This document shows, piece by piece, positions 37,552-47,300 of a stretch of DNA of 64,000 nt (positions are counted from its first letter, which is position 1; each line of letters starts with the position of its first letter). The stretch covers positions 6,175-70,174 of the IMG/VR virus record IMGVR_UViG_3300029258_002338; one strand, written 5' to 3'. The position numbers were made by a program, and so were the translations under genes. This DNA is from a virus. The notes under the pieces are model-generated. The model was not told where the DNA came from. It made no database searches and was given only the letters and a program-made list of their open reading frames with translations.

Positions 37552-38371
37552 GGCGGCTCTCACACCGATTCCGAAACCGCCTCGCGCAACCCTCTGTCTC
37601 ACGCAGGAGGCGGCGGCCAAGGCTGCTTTCCTCCGGGACAACTACCAGCACGAAATCGGCGCCTTCGGCGTCGCGCTCAACGCCGACGATCCGCTGCTGA
37701 TCCACGACTTCGTAGTGGTGAAGCAGGAAGTCAGCTGTGCATCGGTGGAGTTCGACGATCAAGCAGTGAGCGACCTTTTCAACGACTGCTTCGACGAGGG
37801 GATCCATCCGTACCAGTGCGGACGGGTCTGGATGCACACGCATCCGTCCGGGGTGACGTCTCCGTCCGGGACCGACGAGCAGACCTTCGAGAAGGTCTTC
37901 GGTTCCTGCGACTGGGCCGTCATGTTGATCTTCCCCAAGGGGGCGGCCAAGCCCTACTGCTGTCTCCAGTTCAACGGCGTCGTCTCCCACCGGGTCGAAA
38001 TCCCGGTGGAGATTCTGCCCTACGAGGCAGACACCGCCGAGTGGGAAGCCGAGGTGGCGGCCAACGTCACCGAGGAAGTCTTCATCTACAGCGGCACGGC
38101 CAAGGCGGCATCCGACGCCGGAGTGCGGGATTCCGATCTCGCAATCTACGATCTGTTCGAGCCCTACGACTCCGAGCCTCGCGAGTCCGACCCGTTCTAT
38201 TTCGACGCGCAAGGGCGCCGGGTCTGGTGTGGTGGAAACGAGGACGAACTCACCGAGTTCGCCCACGACGAAGGCTACATCATCCACGAGCACGCCGACG
38301 GGACCCAGGAGCTTCTCGACGAGGATGAGATCTGCTGGTACCCCGACGACGAGGGGACGGGCTATGCATAG
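37448..38371 (+). CDS. JAB/MPN metallo-isopeptidase
   Basis: EIG...WMHTHPSGVTSPSGTD (E...HxHx7Sx2D-type); start ATG 37448 after GAGGAGG. Confidence 0.85.
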   Translation: MTKKKKKPKSGTKSKSETTTTTATTITPATPEPSKAALTPIPKPPRATLCLTQEAAAKAAFLRDNYQHEIGAFGVALNADDPLLIHDFVVVKQEVSCASVEFDDQAVSDLFNDCFDEGIHPYQCGRVWMHTHPSGVTSPSGTDEQTFEKVFGSCDWAVMLIFPKGAAKPYCCLQFNGVVSHRVEIPVEILPYEADTAEWEAEVAANVTEEVFIYSGTAKAASDAGVRDSDLAIYDLFEPYDSEPRESDPFYFDAQGRRVWCGGNEDELTEFAHDEGYIIHEHADGTQELLDEDEICWYPDDEGTGYA

Positions 38372-38999
38372 ACGCGACGCCGACATCATCAATCAGGATC
38401 GTCTCTCGCAGCTCGACTTCATGGTAGTCGGTGTCGGAGCGGTAGGCCGGAACGTCGCTCTGATGCTGGCCTACATCGGCGCCGCCAGGATCACTCTCGT
38501 GGACTTCGACACCGTCGAGCCCGAGAACCTGGCGACTCAAGGGTTCGTCCCGGCACAGCTGGGCGAGCCCAAGGTCAACGCCGTCTGCGAGGACATCAAG
38601 CGGATCGATCCCGAGATCGACGTCACGGTTCATTTCTCACGCTGGAAGCGCAGCATGGCCGCCGAGGTGGTCTTCTGCTGCGTGGACTGCATCAAGGCCA
38701 GGAAGTTCATCTTCAACGCGGTGAAAAACGACTGCCGTCTGTTCCTGGACGGCCGCATGACCGCTGAGACCTTCCAGGCCCACGCCGTCTACGACGACGA
38801 CACCACCGTCGACTATCGTGAGACCTTCTTCGCCCCGGGCGAGGCGCAGGGAGAAGCCTGCACCGCGAAGGCCACGATATACAACTCCAACATCGCCGCC
38901 GGCTTCCTCACGGCGGCCTTCACCAAGTGGCTTCGGGGCATCGACCCGGAGCCGTGCGTCAACGTCAACGTGCTCACCGCCGAGGTGGTGGTGGGCTGA
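38364..38999 (+). CDS. ThiF/E1-like activating enzyme
   Basis: VVGVGAVG, DFDTVEPENL, KV, CCVD...R, DGR, and candidate catalytic Cys in EACT. Confidence 0.9.
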   Translation: MHRRDADIINQDRLSQLDFMVVGVGAVGRNVALMLAYIGAARITLVDFDTVEPENLATQGFVPAQLGEPKVNAVCEDIKRIDPEIDVTVHFSRWKRSMAAEVVFCCVDCIKARKFIFNAVKNDCRLFLDGRMTAETFQAHAVYDDDTTVDYRETFFAPGEAQGEACTAKATIYNSNIAAGFLTAAFTKWLRGIDPEPCVNVNVLTAEVVVG

Positions 39000-39052
39000 T
39001 CCGCATCCGAATCCAGATCTGAACGAGCCCCGGCGATTCGAGACCGGAAAGA

Positions 39053-39087
39053 GGCGGGGGAGTGCAACCGCTCCCCCGTCCATTTCT
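39053..39087 (+). terminator. hairpin after the E1 gene, possible terminator
   Basis: GGCGGGGGAG/CTCCCCCGTC stem followed by CATTTCT. Confidence 0.45.
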
Positions 39088-39298
39088 GCTCTCGAACCTA
39101 GCTCTCTGAAAAAGGATGATCGAGAATTGGATGGTGTATGGTGTATGGTAGGTGGTTTCTCCGTCCTTTTTCGGGGCTCTCCAGGAAGCGCAGGATCGCG
39201 TGTGCGCGCGATTGCGCGGCCAATCTCCCTTCCGGTCTCAAAGAGGATTCGCAAGCGTTCTTGCGCTTCCTCGAGATCCCTGATCTCGATTTGTCCAC

Positions 39299-39327
39299 TT
39301 GCGCCCTTGGCCTATAGACACTACATT
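39299..39327 (+). promoter_or_regulatory. sigma70-type promoter for the DUF932 gene
   Basis: TTGCGC-17-TACATT. Confidence 0.55.
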
Positions 39328-39394
39328 GGGGTAGTGCAGTTGGCCTGGGGATGCGAATCCTCTTTGAAAACGAGTTGCAAGAAGGGAGAAACCA

Positions 39395-40585
39395 ATGCAG
39401 ATCTACAAGGCTTTCGATCAGTGGTGCAAGCGCCCGATCGACGAGCGTTTCTGGACGCTCGACGAGATGGTGCGCGCGACTCACTCCTGCTACGTCAACG
39501 CGGCCCAGGGCCAGGCGAGCTACGGCGATCTCTCCGTCATGGCCGAGGGGGACTCGATGTTCCTCGCGGGCAAGTCGGGCGTCAAGGCTCGCCTCTCGAA
39601 CTGGGCGTTCGGCCAGCTCTGCTCGCGGGCCGGCGCGCCGGCGTCGTACCTCCGTCAGCTCCCGGCCCCGATGGCCCAGGACTGCCTGAACCACGGGCTC
39701 CGGGAGCAGGTGGAAGACGGCAACGCGCGGATCCTGTTCCACGGATCCCAGCCGTCTTCGACCGCTGCGGATCTGGCTCGCGATCCCAACCTGCTCGCCC
39801 GAGCTTTCACGTCCATGACCTACAAGCGGGTCTGGAACTGGGAGATCGGCAAGCGCCTGATCCAGCTCCGCGACGACGGGGGCTGGGTCACCCCTCCGGC
39901 CCGTCCCGCCCACCCCAACGACCCCCGGACCCGGAAGGCCACCGAGGCCGACTGTGGTCCGCACACGCTCGTCCAGCCCGGCGATCTGATCGCGCCGTCC
40001 GGCATCTACGCCAGCGACCACGATACGTTCGTTTTCATGGTCAACCCGGAGCGGACGGTCAGCGACGGCAAGAACGAGCTGTCCCGCGGCTTCTTCTGCT
40101 GGAACTCCGAGGTCGGCGCTGCCAGCTTCGGGGTCATGGCGTTCCTCTACAACCACACCTGCTCGAACCACATCGTGTGGGGAGCGCAGGGGGTCCACGA
40201 GATCCGCGTCCGCCACGTCGGCAACGCGGACGAGCGGGCCTTCAACGAGCTGTCCGTCGAGCTGCGCAAGTACGCCGACGAGTCCACTTCGGACATGGAC
40301 GCCAAGATCGCCAGCGCGAAGAAGTACGTCATCCCCGGCAACGACAAGTCGTCCGTCGTGGACGCGATCTTCGGGATCGCGCGCCAGAAGCGCGTGCAGA
40401 TCCCGCAGAAGGCGTTCCGGGCGGCCTACGACATCGCCGACCAGCGGGAGGACGACTACGGTCACCCCAACACGCTCTGGGCCCTGACCCAGGGTCTCAC
40501 CCAGCTCTCCCAGCAGTCCGAGTTCGCCGACAAGCGGGTCGACCTCGACCGGCAGGCGGGCAAGCTGCTGGAGATCGCGTTCTAG
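39395..40585 (+). CDS. DUF932-family protein
   Basis: AFGQLC...P..Y; RGFFCWNSEVG...YNHTCSNHIV...RHVG; NTLW...GLT. Confidence 0.75.
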   Translation: MQIYKAFDQWCKRPIDERFWTLDEMVRATHSCYVNAAQGQASYGDLSVMAEGDSMFLAGKSGVKARLSNWAFGQLCSRAGAPASYLRQLPAPMAQDCLNHGLREQVEDGNARILFHGSQPSSTAADLARDPNLLARAFTSMTYKRVWNWEIGKRLIQLRDDGGWVTPPARPAHPNDPRTRKATEADCGPHTLVQPGDLIAPSGIYASDHDTFVFMVNPERTVSDGKNELSRGFFCWNSEVGAASFGVMAFLYNHTCSNHIVWGAQGVHEIRVRHVGNADERAFNELSVELRKYADESTSDMDAKIASAKKYVIPGNDKSSVVDAIFGIARQKRVQIPQKAFRAAYDIADQREDDYGHPNTLWALTQGLTQLSQQSEFADKRVDLDRQAGKLLEIAF

Positions 40586-40610
40586 GGATCTGACAGATCG
40601 GAGGGGTGAG

Positions 40611-42307
40611 ATGACCGAGATCAAGCGGAACGACGAAGGCATCCCCGTCTGCCCCGACTGCGGGGCGGCGTGGTGGGGGGAACACTACAGGGCGGAGGTC
40701 CACCACAACATCGACATCAGGCGCTCCTGCGACAAGGTGACGCTGGAGTGGGGGCTCTACGAGGCTCGCCTGGACGGCAGCGAGGTGGGTCAAACAATCT
40801 ACTGTCGCGGGTGCGGCGAGGACGCGCCGGAGGAGGTGGCGGAGGCCGTCTACGCCATGATCGACTGAAGGCCGAGAGGCCTCGGCTCCTGGGGAGATCA
40901 CGCTCAAACCAGGGGCCCCGCAGGGCAATCGCGCCCTGCCGATTGCGAAGGGAGGTTTCGAGATGCAACTCTTTGACAACCGAGGAGAGGAGGAGAGATC
41001 ATGAGCGTGGTGGTAGGCCTGTTCGACTACGAGCGGGACGGGAAGGTGCTGCTGAAGATGGTCGAGGCCGAGCTGGGAGAAGACGGCAAGCGGATTTCCT
41101 GGCGGAAGTTGCAGCCCAAGTTCAACAAGGCGTTCGGTCTCGACCTGACGCGGGGCCAGTGGTCTCGCGTCGTGCACCAGTGTCGCGTCGATCACGGTGT
41201 TCCGCTACGCGAGTCGGGCTACGGGTTCATCGCGACGCGAGGCCGGGAGCTGTACGAGCTGACCAAGGACGTCGAGGACCTCGCCGTCACCCTCCGCGGA
41301 GGGTTGGCCGAGGAGCTGGACGAGTTCTTCGAGGCTCCGCGGTCCTGGGCCTCGTGGAGGACGATGATCATCCGCTGCCGTCAACGGTACGGGAACGGAT
41401 CCGACGCAGCTCCGCCGGAGCCCGAGCCCCCGCCCGCCAGGCCCAAGAAGCCCGAGAAGTCCAAGGGCAAGCCCAAGGGCAAGCGGTTCCACCTGAAGCG
41501 CAGCCCGGAGCGCGTGGCGCGCGGCATGGCCGCCAGCGTCGATGCGACGAGCGAGGCGATCGAGAACGCCAAGGCGTCGCTGCCCAAGGGGGACGAGGGC
41601 GTGCCCGGCTACGCCGGCCTGTCTCCAGCCCCCGCCCCAGCCCCCACTCCCGCTCCGCCCCGGCGCCTGGCCAAGAACTGCTTCGAGGTCACCTTGGAGC
41701 AAGAGGACGTGGATCGTCTGCACGCCTTCATGAAGGGCGTGCGGCGCAACCTGGAGCGCCTCGGTCTCGAGGCGGACTTCACCAGCGAGAAGGCCCTGCG
41801 CGTGCTCGTCAAGCGTGGGCTGGACGAGGAGGAGCAGTGATGATGTCCAACGGTATGCCGACCATGAAGGAACTCTTCGACGGGATCGTCATCGACCCCG
41901 AGGAGATCGCCAACCGGCACCTGCGCTACGCCCCCGAGCTGAAGGGTCACGTCCTGCACGTCCAGGCCCTGGAGTCGGTCCAGCCGATCGCGGACATGGG
42001 CGACGAGGACGAGGACGACGACCTGCCCGACGTGGACTGGGAGGCCATGTTCTCGGAGGAAGACGGCTGGGAGCCGGCCGAGAAGCCCGAGCCCTGCGAC
42101 GAGGTGTGCTCTCAGTGCGAACGCTACGAGTGCACCGGGCAGCAGGAGCCCGAGCCCACCGAGGGGATCGACATCCGCGTGGTGGTCAAGGTCGCCCCCA
42201 AGGGGCAGCGAGCCTCGCGGAGCGCGCCCGTCTGGAAGACGATCACGTTCCGATCTCCCCCTCTCGCTCGGTACATCAACGACGTCTGCGACTTCCACGA
42301 TATGTGA
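40611..42307 (+). CDS. three hypothetical genes (40611-40868 Zn-ribbon, 41001-41840, 41840-42307)
   Basis: RBS and coupled junctions; CPDC...CRGC in the first. Confidence 0.6.
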
Positions 42308-42308
42308 T

Positions 42309-43325
42309 TCAACCGGGACCTCCCCTCCAGGGCTCGTCCTCGGAGGGGAGCTTCTCCCGGATCCCCACCACGTCGCGCACCCGCACGAACGACCTGTAGC
42401 CAGCCACCTGGGCCGCCCCCACGAGGTTCCCGGTGTGATCGTAGTACCGCTGGGCGATCGTCATCCGCAGCCGCGAGACGCGGCTTCTGGGGTCCACCCC
42501 GGCGCGATCCCACAGCACCCCCACCATCTTGAGGACCCGGGCTCCGGCCGTGTCCGGGCGGTTGTCGGGAGCCGCCAGCGGCGAGATCAGGTCGGCCAGG
42601 ATGCCCCAGCGGGAGGGCATCCGGCGCAGCACGTCCAGCTCCTCGGGGGCCACGTCCTTGGGGATCTCCCGCACCTTGCCCGTGGCGGCCACCTTGAGCG
42701 TGCCCTTCTTGCGGCGCAGCTGCTTGCGCTCCAGGTACACCAGCTCCGACTTGACCCGCATCGAGCAGCGGACCACCAGGCGCAGGCAGGGCCAGGCCCA
42801 CGGCACGCGCGGGTCGCCCTTCCAGTGGTCGCAGGCGTCGAGCAGGGCCTGGTACTCCTCGTCGGAGTAGGGGGTTAGGGGCTCCCTCGCCGGCTTCCCT
42901 CCTCCCCGACCCTGGCGCGGGCGCACGAGCTTGCTCCACAGCAGGGAGTCACCCTTGTAGGCCGCCCAGTGCTTGAGCGCGTTGCGGAAGTGGTCGAGCC
43001 GCCCTTGGGAGTAGCCGCGGTGCAGCAGGATCTCGGCCGGGTCGTCGTTGGTCAGGCAGCGGACGTTCCAGACGAGCCCCACGATCCGCTTGGCCGCGGA
43101 TCGGTTGAAGCCCTCGCTCTGGATCAGCCAGTCGAGGAAGTCGGCCATCACCTCGCGCCCGGCCTGGGCGTGCTTCTGCGCCGCCTCGCGCAGCAGGGAG
43201 TTGTCCACCCGGCCGAACTCCACGATCTCGCCCCCCAGGAACATCCGGCCACGGCTGATGAGCTTCCCCTCCTCGATCAGGGAGTCCTCGAGTAGGTCCT
43301 GCACCTTCTTGTCAGTCATCGGCAT
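42309..43325 (-). CDS. tyrosine-recombinase-fold protein, catalytically degenerate
   Basis: Shares WPCLRL and W..ADLISP with 50021-50899; HxxR is replaced by SRLR and LGH...Y by AGY...(no Tyr). Confidence 0.7.
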   Translation of the reverse strand: MPMTDKKVQDLLEDSLIEEGKLISRGRMFLGGEIVEFGRVDNSLLREAAQKHAQAGREVMADFLDWLIQSEGFNRSAAKRIVGLVWNVRCLTNDDPAEILLHRGYSQGRLDHFRNALKHWAAYKGDSLLWSKLVRPRQGRGGGKPAREPLTPYSDEEYQALLDACDHWKGDPRVPWAWPCLRLVVRCSMRVKSELVYLERKQLRRKKGTLKVAATGKVREIPKDVAPEELDVLRRMPSRWGILADLISPLAAPDNRPDTAGARVLKMVGVLWDRAGVDPRSRVSRLRMTIAQRYYDHTGNLVGAAQVAGYRSFVRVRDVVGIREKLPSEDEPWRGGPG

Positions 43326-44313
43326 CCACCTTCAGGGCCATCGCCCGACAGACCGGGCAGATTCCATAGTATCCGGGTTCGTCCGGGACGTGGCGGGGGG
43401 ACTCGATGCTCCACGTCGCCTGCGCCGGGCACGAGCAGCGCCAGGCCAGCACCACGTCGAAGTTCTTGAGCGTCGTCAGGTCCCCGCCGGCCACCAGCCG
43501 CGCCAGCGCGTCTCGCCCCCGCTCTCCGGGCCGCAGGTCGAGCACCAGGGAGATCACGGCCTCGCGCTCGGCCACCAGCCGGAGCGCCACGGAGACGCGC
43601 GACAGGCGGCTCCAGATGGCCGTCAGCGCCTCGGGGCGCCTGATGCCCCTCTCGTCCTCGCGGATCTCGTAGCCGGGCTCCACGGAGCCGCTGGAGGCCG
43701 TCGTGGCGACGTGGGCCTCTGGGTCGATCTCCCCCGCGGGATCGATCCACCAGCCGCGGCGCCTCGTCCAGTTCAACGCCGAGGGGTAGCTCTTCCCGCT
43801 CCGATATACCACCTTCCGGTCGTAGTGCCGGCGCTCGACGGCTCCGTCGGGCAGCGAGGCCTTGATGGTGCGGCAGTCGTCGCTGCAACAGTTGATGTAC
43901 TTGGCCCGCGCTCGCCGGCGCTCCCTGGGGTTGGCGACCAGCCGTGGGGGCAGCGTGATCGGGCCGCCGCAGACCACGCAGTAGACCTTCAGCGGGGGCA
44001 GCTTCAACCACTTCCGCTCGACCCCGTGCCGGTCCAGGATCTCGTAGAGCTTCTGCCGCCCCACCCCGTAGCGGTCGCACAGCTCGCTCCAGGTCTTCCA
44101 CCCCCTGTACTCCTCGCAGATCTCCCGCTCCACCTCGGGGCTCACGGGCTTGTGGGGGGCCCGAGCCGGGCCCAACCGAGCCCGCCGCACCGTCTTCACC
44201 GCCTCGTAGCTGATGCCCATGTCGCGGGCGATGGCCTTCATCGCCTCCCCATCCTGCACCCGCCGCACGATCTCGTCCCTCTGGGCATCGGTGAGGTAGG
44301 GCCGCTTGCTCAC
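43312..44313 (-). CDS. double-HTH and Zn-finger DNA-binding protein
   Basis: LTDAQRDEI...AIARDMGIS; LCDRYGVGRQKLYEIL; CVVC, CPVC. Confidence 0.7.
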   Translation of the reverse strand: MSKRPYLTDAQRDEIVRRVQDGEAMKAIARDMGISYEAVKTVRRARLGPARAPHKPVSPEVEREICEEYRGWKTWSELCDRYGVGRQKLYEILDRHGVERKWLKLPPLKVYCVVCGGPITLPPRLVANPRERRRARAKYINCCSDDCRTIKASLPDGAVERRHYDRKVVYRSGKSYPSALNWTRRRGWWIDPAGEIDPEAHVATTASSGSVEPGYEIREDERGIRRPEALTAIWSRLSRVSVALRLVAEREAVISLVLDLRPGERGRDALARLVAGGDLTTLKNFDVVLAWRCSCPAQATWSIESPRHVPDEPGYYGICPVCRAMALKVDADD

Positions 44314-47300
44314 TCGCCAGGCTCCTCGACGGGCTCGGCCGGCTCGGCGTACTCTCGCCACTCGGGGCGCAGGGCGTCGTCGAGCACTAGCTCGGGCGCG
44401 ACGTCCTCGTACCCCTCCGGGCGGGTGATGCGGACGAGGACGTCACTCACCGTCGTCCTCCTCGGGCGCGGGGGTGGGGATGGTAGTCTCCGGTAGGACC
44501 AACGCCCTGAGCCGCTCTACAAGGCTCGGGGTGCCCTCACCAAAGTACGCCATCTCGCTTGCGATATCCCTCACCTCCTTCAAGGTGCGCTCCAGCTTGA
44601 CGATACGGGCTGACATCTTCTCACGCTGGGCCAGCACAGATCTGCGCTTACGCTTCTCGCGCATCATGTCCTCTTCTGTGTAGATGATCCAATCTCTACC
44701 CATCTCAGTCCTCCTCGTCGGCGGGTTGCGCGGGGGTGGGGATCTCCGGGGGAAACTCTATCTGCATATCGTCTTCGGCCAACAGTCGTGCCGCTGCTTG
44801 CACCTCTTTGTCGGTCCACTCGGGCGCGGGGGTGGGGGTGGTGTCGAGCAACTTGACTGCCTCTGCCGCGCGCTCAAGGATCCAGGCACCAAGGGGCTTG
44901 CCTGATTCGTGCCAGCCGACCGCCTCCGTCAATTTCTCCCTCACCGTCTCCAAGGTGCGCTCGGCTTGCATAGCGCGATCTATCCAATAGGTGTCACTGG
45001 CAAGCCTGTCACACTCGGCAACCGCATGGTCCCGCTCGGCCTCCAGCTCGGCGACGCGGGCGCGCAACGCCGACTCGGTCTCCTCCCGAACTCGCTCCCA
45101 CATTCCCTCGCCGAACTCGGCGATGACCCAGTCCCTGACGGATTGTCGAGCCACTGGTACCCCACCCGCCGAGCACGATTCACCCTTATCGGGCTCGGGG
45201 GTGGATAGGCCGACAACGCCAGCGCCAACGGTCAATGGCTCTATCCCTTCGCCGACGGTCAGACCAACGACGCTAGCACCGACCGTGCATCCCGCCGGCT
45301 CTGTCGACGGTTGGTCGGTCCACTCGGGGGTGGGGTTCCGTAGCCGCCCCACCTCGGCCCGCGCCTCGGCGAGGTCGTGTTCCAGCTTCTCGGTGCGGGT
45401 TCGGAGTGCAGCGTGATCCGCGCACTCCGTATATTCCTTGTCTCCAGTCCACCCGCAGCCGCACCGTTTACTCAGCTCTCGCTCCAACTCGGCGACGCGG
45501 GCCTCGGCCTCATTGCGCTCGTCTCTCATCCTGATCGCCAACTCATCCAGGCTATCGCAGTCACCCAAGATGGACACCAACACAGCGCGTTCCTGGTCGT
45601 GCGCTAAACACTCGGCCTCCAGCTCGGCGACCCGGCGCTCGGCCTTCTCGGCGCGGTCGCGCTGCCGCAAGCACTCCTCGATGACCTCGTCCTTCGGAGA
45701 CTCCTTGAGGCTCGTGTAGTAGGCGCTCATCTGGCCCTCCTCAGCAGGTTGAATATTGACCGCGGGATAGATACCCACCGCTTAGTGTTCAGGACTGACT
45801 CCCGCGCGCTCTCCATCACAGCGTCGCACGCCTCGCGCAGCGCCTCCAACGTCGCCTGTGCCTCGTCGCGCTCGTACTCGGCCACTTCAATATCGTGCCG
45901 ATAGGCCACTACATCTGCTTGGTGTTCGATGGCTTGGGCTTGAAATGCCTCAACCTTCTTCACCTCGGCCCGCGCTTTGTCGCACTCAGAGAGGGCTTGC
46001 TCGGCACGGTTAAACGCGGCCTGTTTTTTGGCACTTTCGCGGCGCAGCTGCCCCTCTAACAACTTGATCTTGTGTCTCCACCTAGCGTCACGCTCCGTCT
46101 GCTCCCTACGCAGTTCCTTGACCTCCCGCGCCAGCCGCGCCGTCACGCCGTCCGGGCGGTAGCGTAGGACGTGCCTCACGAACTCGGTGTCGAGCGGGTC
46201 GTTGTTGGTGCTCATCTCACTCTCCGTGGTTCAGCGAGTCACTGTCCAACGACAGCCTCGTCCGCTCGTTACCGTCGACCCACCAGAGCTGCACCTCGAC
46301 GCGAGTGTGCGCGCCCCAGGTGTCGTAGTCGGTGTCCGTCTCAACCTCGACGCGGAGGTGCCTCTGGAGCAACTGTTTGATCTCTTCTTTCATACTCACT
46401 GACGCTTCCTCCTCCTCCACAGCGGTCTCCTGGGAGTCGGCGTTGGAGGGAACCCGCGCCGCTCCAGCTCGTTGAGCAGCTCGTCCCACGCCTCGGCCAT
46501 CCGCTCCTGGTCCCTCGGTAGGGGGTACTCAGACAAAAACTCGTTGTTGTGGTCGTTGTTCAGTAGATGATAGGCATACTGCACGGCGTGCCGCTTGGCC
46601 TCGCGCTTGTTCATGCTCTCACTCCTCCCATCTCAGCATCTGCCGGGTCAGCTCCACGCGCCCCGTGAGCGAGAGGTCATAGCCGCAGATCTCGCAGCGT
46701 GGCCCCACTGAGTCCTTGGAGCACGTCCCGTAGTCGAAGGTGACTCCACCGAGGCGCTGATGCTTGAGCTGCGGGAAGGTGAGCACGAGGCACGGGGTCT
46801 TCTCCGTGGGGCCGCTGCACTCGCGGGCTGCGATCAAGTCACGCTCCGCTTGCGTCCGCTGTAGCTCCAGGCCCAGGAAGATGATGCCCCCGACCGCGAT
46901 CACCAGCGTCACGGCGACTCCGACGGTGTTGAATTTCATCATCAGAGACCCCTCCGCCGCCTCTGTTCACCGATTTCTCGCGCGAGATCTCGGACTTTCT
47001 CCGCAGCGATATTACGGTAGGCGGTGTAGACGGCGCCCTCCCAGGAGGCCAAACCGTCTCGCTTGATTATCTGCTCGATGTGCGGGATATTCTTGCGGCA
47101 GATCTTGGTAATCGCCTTCACGTCTTCTTCTATGTGGACGCTCACAATCTCGCGCAAGAACTTGCCCACCGTTGTTTGATTTTCGTCCATCAGCTCACCT
47201 CCTTGGGGGCGTCTGGGGTCACTCGGCGCGACGCGGCGTGCCTTGGGCTTCATCCTTCACTCCTCTCCTGGGTGGCCCGCCGCAGGCGGTAGACCCACGT

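Larger units (their letters stand above)
36102..39018. repeat. 16-bp perfect inverted repeat bracketing the Ubl operon
   Basis: ATCTGGATTCGGATGC (36102-36117) / GCATCCGAATCCAGAT (39003-39018). Confidence 0.85.

Noticed and set aside
38364-38999. Thiamine or molybdopterin biosynthesis role for ThiF and the Ubl
   Set aside because: No thiG, moaE or cysteine desulfurase nearby; E2 and JAB are present instead
39206-40971. Second long-range stalk around DUF932 (GCGCGATTGC/GCAATCGCGC, AATCTCCCTTC/GAAGGGAGGTT, GAGTTGCA/TGCAACTC)
   Set aside because: The matches are short and in parallel rather than nested order, and local hairpins explain part of them
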